A stretch of DNA of 64,000 nt. Origin: Lentisphaera araneosa HTCC2155. Its GTDB lineage: Bacteria; Verrucomicrobiota; Lentisphaeria; Lentisphaerales; Lentisphaeraceae. The position numbers and the translations under genes were made by a program. This document shows, in pieces, positions 47,003 through 55,009 of this stretch. Within the stretch, counting starts at the first letter, position 1. The number at the start of each line of letters is the position of its first letter. Below the pieces are notes generated by a model, which worked only from the letters and a program-made list of their open reading frames with translations, did not search any database and was not told the origin of the DNA. Where the stretch lies: the NCBI GenBank assembly GCA_945877655.1, contig CAMCSH010000001.1, positions 1,982-65,981 of the forward strand, read 5' to 3'.

Positions 47003-47677
47003 TTATTTCCCCGGCGTCACCGCCAACAGAGCCAAGCGGATCTTCTCCTTGGCGAGGGGCATCTTCTCCGGATCGAGCGCGTCCTCGTCGAGGTAAAACG
47101 GCTTGCCGATCACCAGTTCGGCGCGGCTGAAAGGGAGCGGGATTTCGAGCTTGTCCCAGCTCGGCAGACGTATGGCGCAGGAGTGGTTGACGCCGAGCGG
47201 GATGATCGGCACCTTGGCCTTCACAGCCGCCATCACGGCGCCGGGCTGGACGCTGTAGCGCGGACCGCGCGGGCCATCGGGAATGATGCAGACGCAGCCG
47301 CCGTCCTGGAGGACATGGATCGCCGTCACCAGAGCCGAAGCGCCGCCTTTGTCGCGGCCATTTTTCATCGCCGAACCGCGGAGCGACTGGAAGCCGAGTT
47401 TCTGCAGCACGTCGGTGATCACTTGTCCGTCATCGCTGCGGCTGGCCATCGCCCAGGTGCGTTGCCGCAGGATCATCGGCATCAGAGTTGGCGTGGTCAA
47501 AATCCGGTTGTGCCAGACCACCCCGACGGCGGCGCCAGTGAAGCTGCCGTCGAGCACGCCCGCTTCGTCGCGAATCGTCACCCGCAGCGAGCCGCTGACG
47601 GCGCGCAGAAACAGGTGCGCCATCCCGACGATCAATCGATACAGCGGCTTGCCGGGACGGAGGAATTTGAGTTTCAT
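47003..47677 (-). CDS. DUF374-domain lysophospholipid acyltransferase family protein
   Basis: VVWHNR...ASRSDDG...LRGS...GGASAL...IIPDGPRGPRY is the DUF374 pattern. Confidence 0.65.
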   Translation of the reverse strand: MKLKFLRPGKPLYRLIVGMAHLFLRAVSGSLRVTIRDEAGVLDGSFTGAAVGVVWHNRILTTPTLMPMILRQRTWAMASRSDDGQVITDVLQKLGFQSLRGSAMKNGRDKGGASALVTAIHVLQDGGCVCIIPDGPRGPRYSVQPGAVMAAVKAKVPIIPLGVNHSCAIRLPSWDKLEIPLPFSRAELVIGKPFYLDEDALDPEKMPLAKEKIRLALLAVTPGK

Positions 47678-47716
47678 GGGCGCCCGTTAATGGTTGCGGA
47701 ATACGCAGAGCTATGG

Positions 47717-47792
47717 GTCACCACAGAGGCAAAGAGATCACAGAGGCTTTAGCAGTTTTCGTTTCTCTGTGCCCTCTGTGCCTCTGTGGTGA
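47717..47792. repeat. Hairpin with tandem-repeat arms (CACAGAGG units)
   Basis: Left arm gtcaccacagaggcaaagagatcacagaggc. The reverse complement of the right arm is tcaccacagaggcacagagggcacagaga, giving 14 perfect bp plus further pairs. Confidence 0.9.
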
Positions 47793-47802
47793 ACAAGAGC
47801 TC

Positions 47803-49209
47803 TCACTTCATCAAATGGAAGTTCGACATCGAGATCCCCGAGAGGAGGGCGCCGATGATGCCGAGGAAGCCCTGGTCGGTGCCGCAGAGGAAGACGTTGG
47901 GGGCCGTGGTGCGGCCGTCCTTGATCTTGTCGGGCGAGCCGTAGATGGCGCCGTTGACGTGGGAGGTGAACTTCTTGACGGTGAGGGGGCTGAAGGCGTC
48001 TTCGTAGACGATGTGGCCGTCGAGCTTGCTGGCGAGACCGGTGGTCTCCATCTGGGCCCGGATGAAGTCCTTCTTCGCCTGGGCGTATTCGGGCTTGTTG
48101 AGGATCGACCAGGCTTCGTAGTCGGCGAGGCAGGTGAAGCGGATAATGCCTTCGGCCAAAGGCTTGTCGCGGAACTGGAAGTTGTTGGGGATGCAGATGA
48201 CGCCCGAGCTGGGGTCGACGGTGCGGCCGGCGGGACGGCGGTAGTTGAAGCGCTCGCTGCGGCAGTAGAAGGAGATGGTCTCGTCGATGCCGAGATCCTT
48301 GGGCATGGTGTCGAGCACCAGCAGGGTTTCGACGAAGCTCAACATGCCGGGGCGCTGCTTCGGGGTTTCGCCGAGGAGCATCGAGGTCTCGACGACGCCG
48401 GCAGAGCTGAGCACCGCCTTGCCTTCGAGCACTTCGCCGTTGTCGAGCTCGACGCCGGTGGCGACGCCGTCTTTGAGGAGGATGCGCTTGACCCCGGTGC
48501 GCATCTTGACTTCGGCGCCGGCTTCTTTGACGCGGTGCTGGAGGAGGCGGAGGAGATGGCGGACGCCGATCTGGGGACGGCAGAAACCTTCGCTGAAAAC
48601 CGCCTTGAACATGATGCAGAACTGGCTGAAGTCCATGTCGTCTTCGACGGCGCTGCCGTAGTACATCACCGGGCAGAAGATCATGTCGATCAAGGTCGGG
48701 TCGCTGATGAAGCCGGCGACGACTTCGCGCGAGCTCAGGTAGGGCGCGTCGAGGGCGGTGTCTTCGTAGCCTTGGACGTGAGCGACGAGGCGGCGGAAGC
48801 CATCGACTTGGGTCGGAAATTCGCGAGCGACTTCGTCGACCATCATGCCCATGCCGTTGGTCCAGCGGATCTTGCGGCCGGGGAAGTCGATCGAGGAGAA
48901 GCCCTGTTCGACGAGGTCGAGCTCATTGTGATCGATGCGCAGCTGGCGCAGGAGTTTGGAGAGGGGGGCGCCCTTGGTGCCGCGGGGGACGAAGTTGGTC
49001 ATCGCGTGCAGACCGACATCGAAGCGGCGGCCGTCTTTGGAGTAGTGCGAGTTGAGGCCGCCGGGGATGGCGTGGCGCTCGAGGATCACGACTTTTTTGC
49101 CGAAGTGGGCGAGGCGGATGCCTGCTGCCAGACCGGACATGCCGGCGCCGATGATGATGCAGTCGTACATGGGAGGGAACCGGGGATCAAGGGGTTGGAT
49201 GGGTTGCAA
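47803..49209 (-). CDS. NAD(P)/FAD-dependent oxidoreductase (phytoene desaturase/amine oxidase-like)
   Basis: YDCIIIGAGMSGLAAGIRLAHFGKKVVILE is a dinucleotide-binding motif; 468 aa. The start is either the called TTG 49209 or ATG 49170. Confidence 0.7.
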   Translation of the reverse strand: MQPIQPLDPRFPPMYDCIIIGAGMSGLAAGIRLAHFGKKVVILERHAIPGGLNSHYSKDGRRFDVGLHAMTNFVPRGTKGAPLSKLLRQLRIDHNELDLVEQGFSSIDFPGRKIRWTNGMGMMVDEVAREFPTQVDGFRRLVAHVQGYEDTALDAPYLSSREVVAGFISDPTLIDMIFCPVMYYGSAVEDDMDFSQFCIMFKAVFSEGFCRPQIGVRHLLRLLQHRVKEAGAEVKMRTGVKRILLKDGVATGVELDNGEVLEGKAVLSSAGVVETSMLLGETPKQRPGMLSFVETLLVLDTMPKDLGIDETISFYCRSERFNYRRPAGRTVDPSSGVICIPNNFQFRDKPLAEGIIRFTCLADYEAWSILNKPEYAQAKKDFIRAQMETTGLASKLDGHIVYEDAFSPLTVKKFTSHVNGAIYGSPDKIKDGRTTAPNVFLCGTDQGFLGIIGALLSGISMSNFHLMK

Positions 49210-49241
49210 GCGGCCTTGAGCCGCTTCCTTTCAACATCTAA

Positions 49242-49276
49242 ATCAAAACGGGACCTGCGCTAGGCCGGTCCCGTTT
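49242..49276 (-). terminator. Hairpin plus U-tract after the ACP gene (terminator or attenuator)
   Basis: The minus strand reads aaacgggacc-(11 nt)-ggtcccgtttt, then gattt. Confidence 0.5.
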
Positions 49277-49294
49277 GGAAGGAGGAGAAAGAGA

Positions 49295-49546
49295 TCAGAG
49301 GTGAGCCATCTTGGGGCCGAGGTATTCGCAGCAGCTGGCGAGGGAGGCGAGCTTGCCGTATTCGGCTTCGGGGACTTCAACGCCGAATTTCTTGCGGAGT
49401 TCCATGACGATGTCGAGGAAGTCCATGGAGTCGAGTTCCAGCTGTTCGCGCAGGGCGACTTCGGGCACGAGGGCCGAGCAGTCGGCATCGGGGTTGATGT
49501 CCATGATGATGTCGATGATGGCCTGGGCGATCTGGTCCTTGTTCAT
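49295..49546 (-). CDS. Acyl carrier protein (stand-alone)
   Basis: 83 aa. The phosphopantetheine attachment context is LELDSMDFLDIV. Confidence 0.8.
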   Translation of the reverse strand: MNKDQIAQAIIDIIMDINPDADCSALVPEVALREQLELDSMDFLDIVMELRKKFGVEVPEAEYGKLASLASCCEYLGPKMAHL

Positions 49547-49593
49547 CCTGTAAGATCCTTGATGATTTGCTGTTTTTCGTTGGGTCAGCCCGG

Positions 49594-49621
49594 ATTATAC
49601 TACATTTCCGCGTCAGTGCAA
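49594..49621 (-). promoter_or_regulatory. Near-consensus sigma70-type promoter for the ACP gene
   Basis: The minus strand has TTGCAC (49621-49616), a 16-nt spacer, then TATAAT (49599-49594), about 48 nt upstream of the ATG at 49546. Confidence 0.55.
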
Positions 49622-49656
49622 GAGTTTTATCGCCACTTTCCTCGACAGACCCTGTC

Positions 49657-50628
49657 TTAGGCGAGTTCGAGGGCGGCGCGCAGGATCTCACCCTGGCCGA
49701 GTGGGTGCAGCGAGTAAGAGCCGAGCGAGGCGGGAAGAAGGACGGTGGTGCCGCGGGTCAGGATCAACTCGCCACCGCCGTATCGCAGGGGCATGTCGTC
49801 GCCGAGGTTGATCAAGATCTGGAAAGATTTGGGGATGGTGGCGGAGTAGAAGTCCTCGGCCAGCCGGATGCGTTCGACGGTGAAGTGCCGGCAGAAGCTA
49901 AGGCTTTGGCGTTTGTTGCGGGCGACGGGAGAGACGTCGGCGCGGATGACCGCCAGGCCGCGGTCCTTGAAGTTGGTGGCGGCGAGGCCTTCTTCCAGAT
50001 GAAGCGGCCGAAGATCGCCGTCGAGACCGGGGCGGTTCCAGTCGTGCAGGCGCCAGTCGGAGGCGCTGTTCTGGGAGATTTCGACGGCGAGGATGCCGCC
50101 GCCGATGCAGTGGACCCGCCCTGCCGGGATGAAGCAGGCGTCGCCGGCTTGCACCGGCCAGGCTTTCAGGCAAGAGATCAAATCGTCGGTGCCGATGCGC
50201 GAGACGAACTGGTGTTGCAGCTTGTCGGGGCGCAGGCCGGCCCAGATCTGGGCGCCCGGCTCGGCCTCGACGATGAAGAGAGTTTCGGTCTTGGCATCGG
50301 CATCCTGCAGCTCGGCGGCGCGTTCATCGGGGTGGACGATGATCGCCGTCGGGCTGGCGGTGTCGAGGAAAGAGACGCTGAGGGGGAAGGGATCTCCGGC
50401 TTTGTGGCGACTGCCGATCAAGGCTTCGGGATTTTCCGCGACAAGCTCGGCGAGGCGCCGGCCGGCCCAGGGGCCGTTGGCGATTTCCGGTGACGAGCCA
50501 TCGGCATCGTGGAAGAGTTCCCGGGAGCGTCCGCCGGCACCGGCGGTGACGACACGTCCGTAGGCGGCGAGTCGGTCGCCACCCCAGGGAGTGCTTTGCA
50601 GCAATGGACGCAATATGAGGGGATACAT
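49657..50628 (-). CDS. manA: Type I phosphomannose isomerase
   Basis: MYPLILRPLLQSTPWGG is the PMI N-terminal signature. A cupin region contains AGDACFIPAGRVH; 323 aa. Confidence 0.7.
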   Translation of the reverse strand: MYPLILRPLLQSTPWGGDRLAAYGRVVTAGAGGRSRELFHDADGSSPEIANGPWAGRRLAELVAENPEALIGSRHKAGDPFPLSVSFLDTASPTAIIVHPDERAAELQDADAKTETLFIVEAEPGAQIWAGLRPDKLQHQFVSRIGTDDLISCLKAWPVQAGDACFIPAGRVHCIGGGILAVEISQNSASDWRLHDWNRPGLDGDLRPLHLEEGLAATNFKDRGLAVIRADVSPVARNKRQSLSFCRHFTVERIRLAEDFYSATIPKSFQILINLGDDMPLRYGGGELILTRGTTVLLPASLGSYSLHPLGQGEILRAALELA

Positions 50629-50705
50629 GAATCAAAACCCCAAAGAATTCCTGCGAAGATACTCTAGCTTAGGGGGCAATCAAACTCTAATACAGGAATC
50701 CACTG

Positions 50706-53228
50706 ATGCCCGAAGCCGCCGAGGCCCAGGAAACCACCGTGCGCCCCATGCTCAAGAGCCGCGGCCGGCAAGTCGCCGTCTGCCTGGCCAGCGTCTTCAT
50801 CCTCCTGTCGCTGATTTCCTACCGTGTCGAAGATGTCTCCAAGGTCAGCGGTGGCGCCGAAGCCCTGCATCATCTCAACTGGATGGGTAGTTTTGGTGCT
50901 CGCTTCAGCTACTGGATGGTGCTGGCTTTGGGCTTGGCGGCCTGGCCGGCCTGCCTGCTCGTCAGCACCTGTCTTATGCGGCGCGCCTTCGGCCGCCTGC
51001 ATCCCGCCAACTGGCTGTATCTCTCCGGCATCATCCTCAGCATTTCCGGATTGGTGATGATTCTCGGCTGCTTCCCGGATGCTTTCACGGCGCCGTGTCA
51101 GGCGCTGAATTTGAAGGAATGTCCCGGCGGCGCCATCGGCAGTTTTTTCAGCAACCCGGGCAGCGGCATCCTCTATTACTGCCTGAATGACGTCGGCTGC
51201 ATCATTCTCGGCAGCGTCCTGGTCATCTTCGGCCTAGTGACGGTGTGGCTCTATGACTGGCGCAGCAGCTTCAACCAATGGCAGGAAGTGCGCAGCCATC
51301 AGCAGGTTGCGGCGCCGCAAGCGCCGTCGCCGGAAGCCGCACCCGCCGCGCCGGTGTCACGCATCCGCAAGAGCGCCTCCACCGTGATGAGCTGGCTCAA
51401 GGTTGTCCCCGGCAAAAAGATCGAAGGACAGGAAGCTCCCGTCAGCCCCCCTCCGGCAGTGAAGAAAAAGGACTCCTTCGCTCCTGCGATCGCGTCGCGT
51501 CACGACAGCTCGGGTGCGGTTGGCGCGATGGATTCGTCCCAAGCGGTCGGACGTCACGACAGCGGCAGCGCCTTCAATGACGACGCCAGCCGTTTCCTGC
51601 CGCCGCCCGTCCGTGCGCCGGTTGTGGAGGCGCGGAAGCCGCAAATCATCGACGCCAAGCCGCACCACGAAGCTGCTTTCACCCCGCCGCCCTTGCCGTC
51701 GCCGCCTCGCCTGGCACCGCCTCCTCCTCCCGGCAAAGCCCCGTACATCCTGCCGGCCACGAACCTGCTCAGCCGCATCGACGAAAGGAACACCGTCGAT
51801 GAACATGAAGTGCTGCGCAAAAAAGCCATCATCCACGATGTCATGCGCAACTTCAAAATCCCCTGCGAAATGGGCGAGGCGATCGTCGGTCCCCGCGTCA
51901 CCCTGTTCGAAATCCTCCCCGAAAAATCGGTCCGCATCGAATCCATCGGCAGCCTCGAAAAGAACATCTCGATGGAGCTGCAGGCGGTGGCCATCCGCAT
52001 CCTCCTGCCGATTCCCGGTCGCCGCTCGGTCGGCGTCGAAGTGCCCAACGACCAGGCCTCGGCAGTTTGCTTCCGCACCTTGATCGAAAACCGCGAGTTC
52101 CAGGGTAGCAAGGCGATGATGCCGATCGTCCTCGGCAAAGATGTCGCGGGCAAGGCCGAAATCCTCGACCTCGCGAAAGCCCCGCACCTGCTCGTCGCCG
52201 GTGCCACCGGTGCCGGTAAATCGGTCTTCATGAACACCCTGATCATGAGCCTGGTGCTGCGCTTCAGCCCTGATGAACTCGAGCTCATCATGATCGACCC
52301 GAAACAGGTCGAATTCGCCGCCTACCGCGAACTGCCGCACCTCGTCACCCCGGTGATCACCGACCCGAAACACGCCCCCGCCGCCTTGCGTTGGGCCGTC
52401 TTTGAGATGGAACGCCGCTACCAGATCCTCGCCAAGGTCGGGGTCAAAAACCTCGAAGGCTTCAACGGCCGCGTCGTCCGCGCCGGCGAACCGAAGGAAG
52501 ACGACTTCGGCAACCCGATCCCGCCCCGCTTGCCGATGACCGTCATCATCATCGACGAACTGGCCGACCTGATGATGAGCGCCAAGGCCGAAATCGAAGG
52601 CTCGATCGCCCGCATCGCCCAGAAAGCCCGCGCCGTCGGCATCCACCTCGTCATCGCCACCCAGACCCCTCGCAAAGAAGTCCTCACCGGCATCATCAAG
52701 GCCAACTTCCCCACCCGGATCGCCTTCAAGGTGTCGCAGCAAGTCGACTCCCGCGTCATCCTCGACCGCTCCGGCGCCGATGAACTGCTCGGCAAAGGCG
52801 ATATGCTCTATGTTCCCCCCGGCGCTTCGAATCTGACCCGCATCCAGGGCGCCTATGTCCCAGACAGCGACATCGAATCGGTGGTCGCCGCCTGCGCCGC
52901 CCAACGCCAGCCGAGCTTCAAAGACATTCTGAAAGCGGTCGACGTCGATGTCGACGGCGATGCCGGATCCCCTGCCGTCCAGGGCGAATTGGAACTTCCC
53001 GGCGGCGATGATGAAGATGGCTCGCTCCTGAAAAAAGCCATCGACTGCATCCGCCGCGACCGCAAGGCCTCCACATCCTATCTGCAGCGTCGACTGGGCA
53101 TCGGCTACAACCGCGCAGCCGACCTGATGGACGAACTCGAAGAGGCCGGCTATGTGACGCCGAAGACCAGCGCCGGCCAGCGCGACATCAACTGGGAACG
53201 ATTTGAAGACGACAGGAGTCAATCATGA
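50706..53228 (+). CDS. ftsK: DNA translocase FtsK/SpoIIIE
   Basis: N-terminal TM segments, a Pro-rich linker, the motor domain with Walker A LVAGATGAGKS, and a C-terminal gamma-like winged helix (STSYLQRRLGIGYNRAADLMDELE). Confidence 0.9.
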   Translation: MPEAAEAQETTVRPMLKSRGRQVAVCLASVFILLSLISYRVEDVSKVSGGAEALHHLNWMGSFGARFSYWMVLALGLAAWPACLLVSTCLMRRAFGRLHPANWLYLSGIILSISGLVMILGCFPDAFTAPCQALNLKECPGGAIGSFFSNPGSGILYYCLNDVGCIILGSVLVIFGLVTVWLYDWRSSFNQWQEVRSHQQVAAPQAPSPEAAPAAPVSRIRKSASTVMSWLKVVPGKKIEGQEAPVSPPPAVKKKDSFAPAIASRHDSSGAVGAMDSSQAVGRHDSGSAFNDDASRFLPPPVRAPVVEARKPQIIDAKPHHEAAFTPPPLPSPPRLAPPPPPGKAPYILPATNLLSRIDERNTVDEHEVLRKKAIIHDVMRNFKIPCEMGEAIVGPRVTLFEILPEKSVRIESIGSLEKNISMELQAVAIRILLPIPGRRSVGVEVPNDQASAVCFRTLIENREFQGSKAMMPIVLGKDVAGKAEILDLAKAPHLLVAGATGAGKSVFMNTLIMSLVLRFSPDELELIMIDPKQVEFAAYRELPHLVTPVITDPKHAPAALRWAVFEMERRYQILAKVGVKNLEGFNGRVVRAGEPKEDDFGNPIPPRLPMTVIIIDELADLMMSAKAEIEGSIARIAQKARAVGIHLVIATQTPRKEVLTGIIKANFPTRIAFKVSQQVDSRVILDRSGADELLGKGDMLYVPPGASNLTRIQGAYVPDSDIESVVAACAAQRQPSFKDILKAVDVDVDGDAGSPAVQGELELPGGDDEDGSLLKKAIDCIRRDRKASTSYLQRRLGIGYNRAADLMDELEEAGYVTPKTSAGQRDINWERFEDDRSQS

Positions 53229-53983
53229 ACGACGACAACAGCCAAGCCCCCGCACCTCAAACCGAGGCGCCCCGCCTCCTTCTCCGCCGCTCAGACCCCC
53301 AGGCCGAGCCGCTCCGGCCCGCCGCTGCAGGCGAAGCCGATTTCCTGCCGCCCCCCGCGGCCGAGCCCAGCCTCGTCCGCCCGCCAGACGCCGCGCCGGA
53401 AGCCATCCCCGCCGGACTCGACGAAGAATGCGCCGTCAGCGAAACCCACAGCCAGCCCATTCCCAAGCCCCTGCCAGCCCGCAGCCCGATCCATGCCCGC
53501 ACCTTGCCCCAGCTCCTGCAGGAAGCCCGCCAGGAACGCGCCATGACCATTCGCCAGGTCTATGAAAAGACCAAGGTCAGCCTCGTCCACATCGCCGCTT
53601 TGGAACATGGCGAGTACGCCAAACTCCCTCCCGCCGTCTACACCCGTGGATATTTGCGCAAAATTTGTGAAGAATTCGGGGTTGATCCTGACGAAGCTGT
53701 GGCACTGTATGATAAAGAAAGCGGCGAGGGCGATTCTTCGCTCAAGGCTCACCTGAAAAGTGACTCCGCCGCGACACAAGCTTCAAATCCCGGAGGAAAC
53801 ATGCAGAAATACATCACCTACGCCGTCATCGGCGCTCTTGCCGCGGCCATCGTCGTCGGCCTCGTCGTCAAGTTCTCGAATCCCAAGATCGTCGTTCCCG
53901 AGGGCTATCAAGTCCCCTTGGAAGAATTCGGCTCCGGCCCTGCCCCCGCTCTGCCCAGCTTCACTCTTCCGCCCCCCAACTGA
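53225..53983 (+). CDS. RodZ-like HTH/XRE-domain membrane protein
   Basis: MTIRQVYEKTKVSLVHIAALEHGEYAKLPPAVYTRGYLRKICEEFGVD, followed by the TM segment YAVIGALAAAIVVGLVV. Its ATG overlaps the ftsK stop (ATGA). Confidence 0.7.
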   Translation: MNDDNSQAPAPQTEAPRLLLRRSDPQAEPLRPAAAGEADFLPPPAAEPSLVRPPDAAPEAIPAGLDEECAVSETHSQPIPKPLPARSPIHARTLPQLLQEARQERAMTIRQVYEKTKVSLVHIAALEHGEYAKLPPAVYTRGYLRKICEEFGVDPDEAVALYDKESGEGDSSLKAHLKSDSAATQASNPGGNMQKYITYAVIGALAAAIVVGLVVKFSNPKIVVPEGYQVPLEEFGSGPAPALPSFTLPPPN

Positions 53984-53991
53984 GCTAGCCA

Positions 53992-54118
53992 CAGTTTAAG
54001 TAGTTTAAGCGGTTTAAGCAGTTTAAGGGAACACAAGCCCTTAGCTGCTTAAACTGCTTCTGGCCATTCAACTTCTTAAACTAGTTAAACTAGTTAAACT
54101 ACTTAAACTGCTTAAACT
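53992..54118. repeat. Inverted runs of a 9-bp unit (NAGTTTAAG), a potential long hairpin
   Basis: Left arm cagtttaagtagtttaagcggtttaagcagtttaaggg. Right arms cccttagctgcttaaactgcttc and cttcttaaactagttaaactagttaaactacttaaactgcttaaact. The array ends 3 nt before the cmoA ATG. Confidence 0.9.
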
Positions 54119-54121
54119 CAC

Positions 54122-54820
54122 ATGCCCGACATCCGACGCGATGAACTCTTCCGCTCCGCCGTGACTCCCGGCAGCTTCCGCTTCGATGCCGAAGTTGCCT
54201 CGTCGTTTGACGACATGGCGAGGCGTTCGATTCCCCTCTACCGCGACACCCACGCTGCCTTTTCGGTACTGATCCGCAATGCTCCGGAAGGGGCCGTGCA
54301 TGACCTCGGCTGCTCCACCGGCTCTCTGCTGGTGCAGATTGATCTGGATGCGCCCGAGCGCCGTCTCGTCGGCCATGATCCCTCTCTCGCCATGCTCGAC
54401 ATCGCCGCCGGCCGACTCCCCGGGGCGGAGTGGCGCCACAACGATGCGGAGAACGCAAAACTCGATGGCGCCGCCGTCGTGGTGCTGGGGTGGACCCTGC
54501 AATTCACGCCGCCGGAACGCCGGCTCGAGCTCTTGCGCCGCATCCGCGCCGCTCTGCCACCCGGAGGACTGCTCTTGATCGCCGAAAAGACCGAGCCGGA
54601 AGCGGCTTTTGCCGAGTTCGCCATGGCCGCCCACGATGCCTACCGCCTCGACAACGGCTACACCCCGGAGCAGCTCGTCCACAAACGCGCCGCCCTCGAC
54701 GGCGTTCTGCGTCCCTGGCCCGCAGCTCAGACCGAAGCCGTCCTGCGACAAGCCGAATTCCGTCATTGCCAGGAAATCCTCCGCTGGCATGCCTTCGTCA
54801 CCTGGGTCTGCCTCGCCTGA
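54122..54820 (+). CDS. cmoA: Carboxy-S-adenosyl-L-methionine synthase
   Basis: FRFDAEVASSFDDMARRSIPLYRD...DLGCSTG is the CmoA pattern; 232 aa. Confidence 0.8.
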   Translation: MPDIRRDELFRSAVTPGSFRFDAEVASSFDDMARRSIPLYRDTHAAFSVLIRNAPEGAVHDLGCSTGSLLVQIDLDAPERRLVGHDPSLAMLDIAAGRLPGAEWRHNDAENAKLDGAAVVVLGWTLQFTPPERRLELLRRIRAALPPGGLLLIAEKTEPEAAFAEFAMAAHDAYRLDNGYTPEQLVHKRAALDGVLRPWPAAQTEAVLRQAEFRHCQEILRWHAFVTWVCLA

Positions 54821-54855
54821 ATTTTCCTGGCCTGTATCACTCGGGATTCTCAAAT

Positions 54856-54949
54856 CCAGGCTAGGGAGTGAGGGAACGAGGGAGTTGGGGAGTGAGCTCT
54901 TATGCGCTCCTGCCTTACTCCCTCACTCCCTGCCTCCCTCACTCCCTGG
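54856..54949. repeat. Hairpin with tandem-repeat arms (AGGGAGTG units) between convergent genes
   Basis: Left arm ccaggctagggagtgagggaacgagggagttggggagtgag. Right arm cttactccctcactccctgcctccctcactccctgg. Confidence 0.9.
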
Positions 54950-55009
54950 TTCGACGCTGACTGTGAAGCGAATCCAAGATCAAAATGGAGTGATACACGT
55001 CGAATTTTC

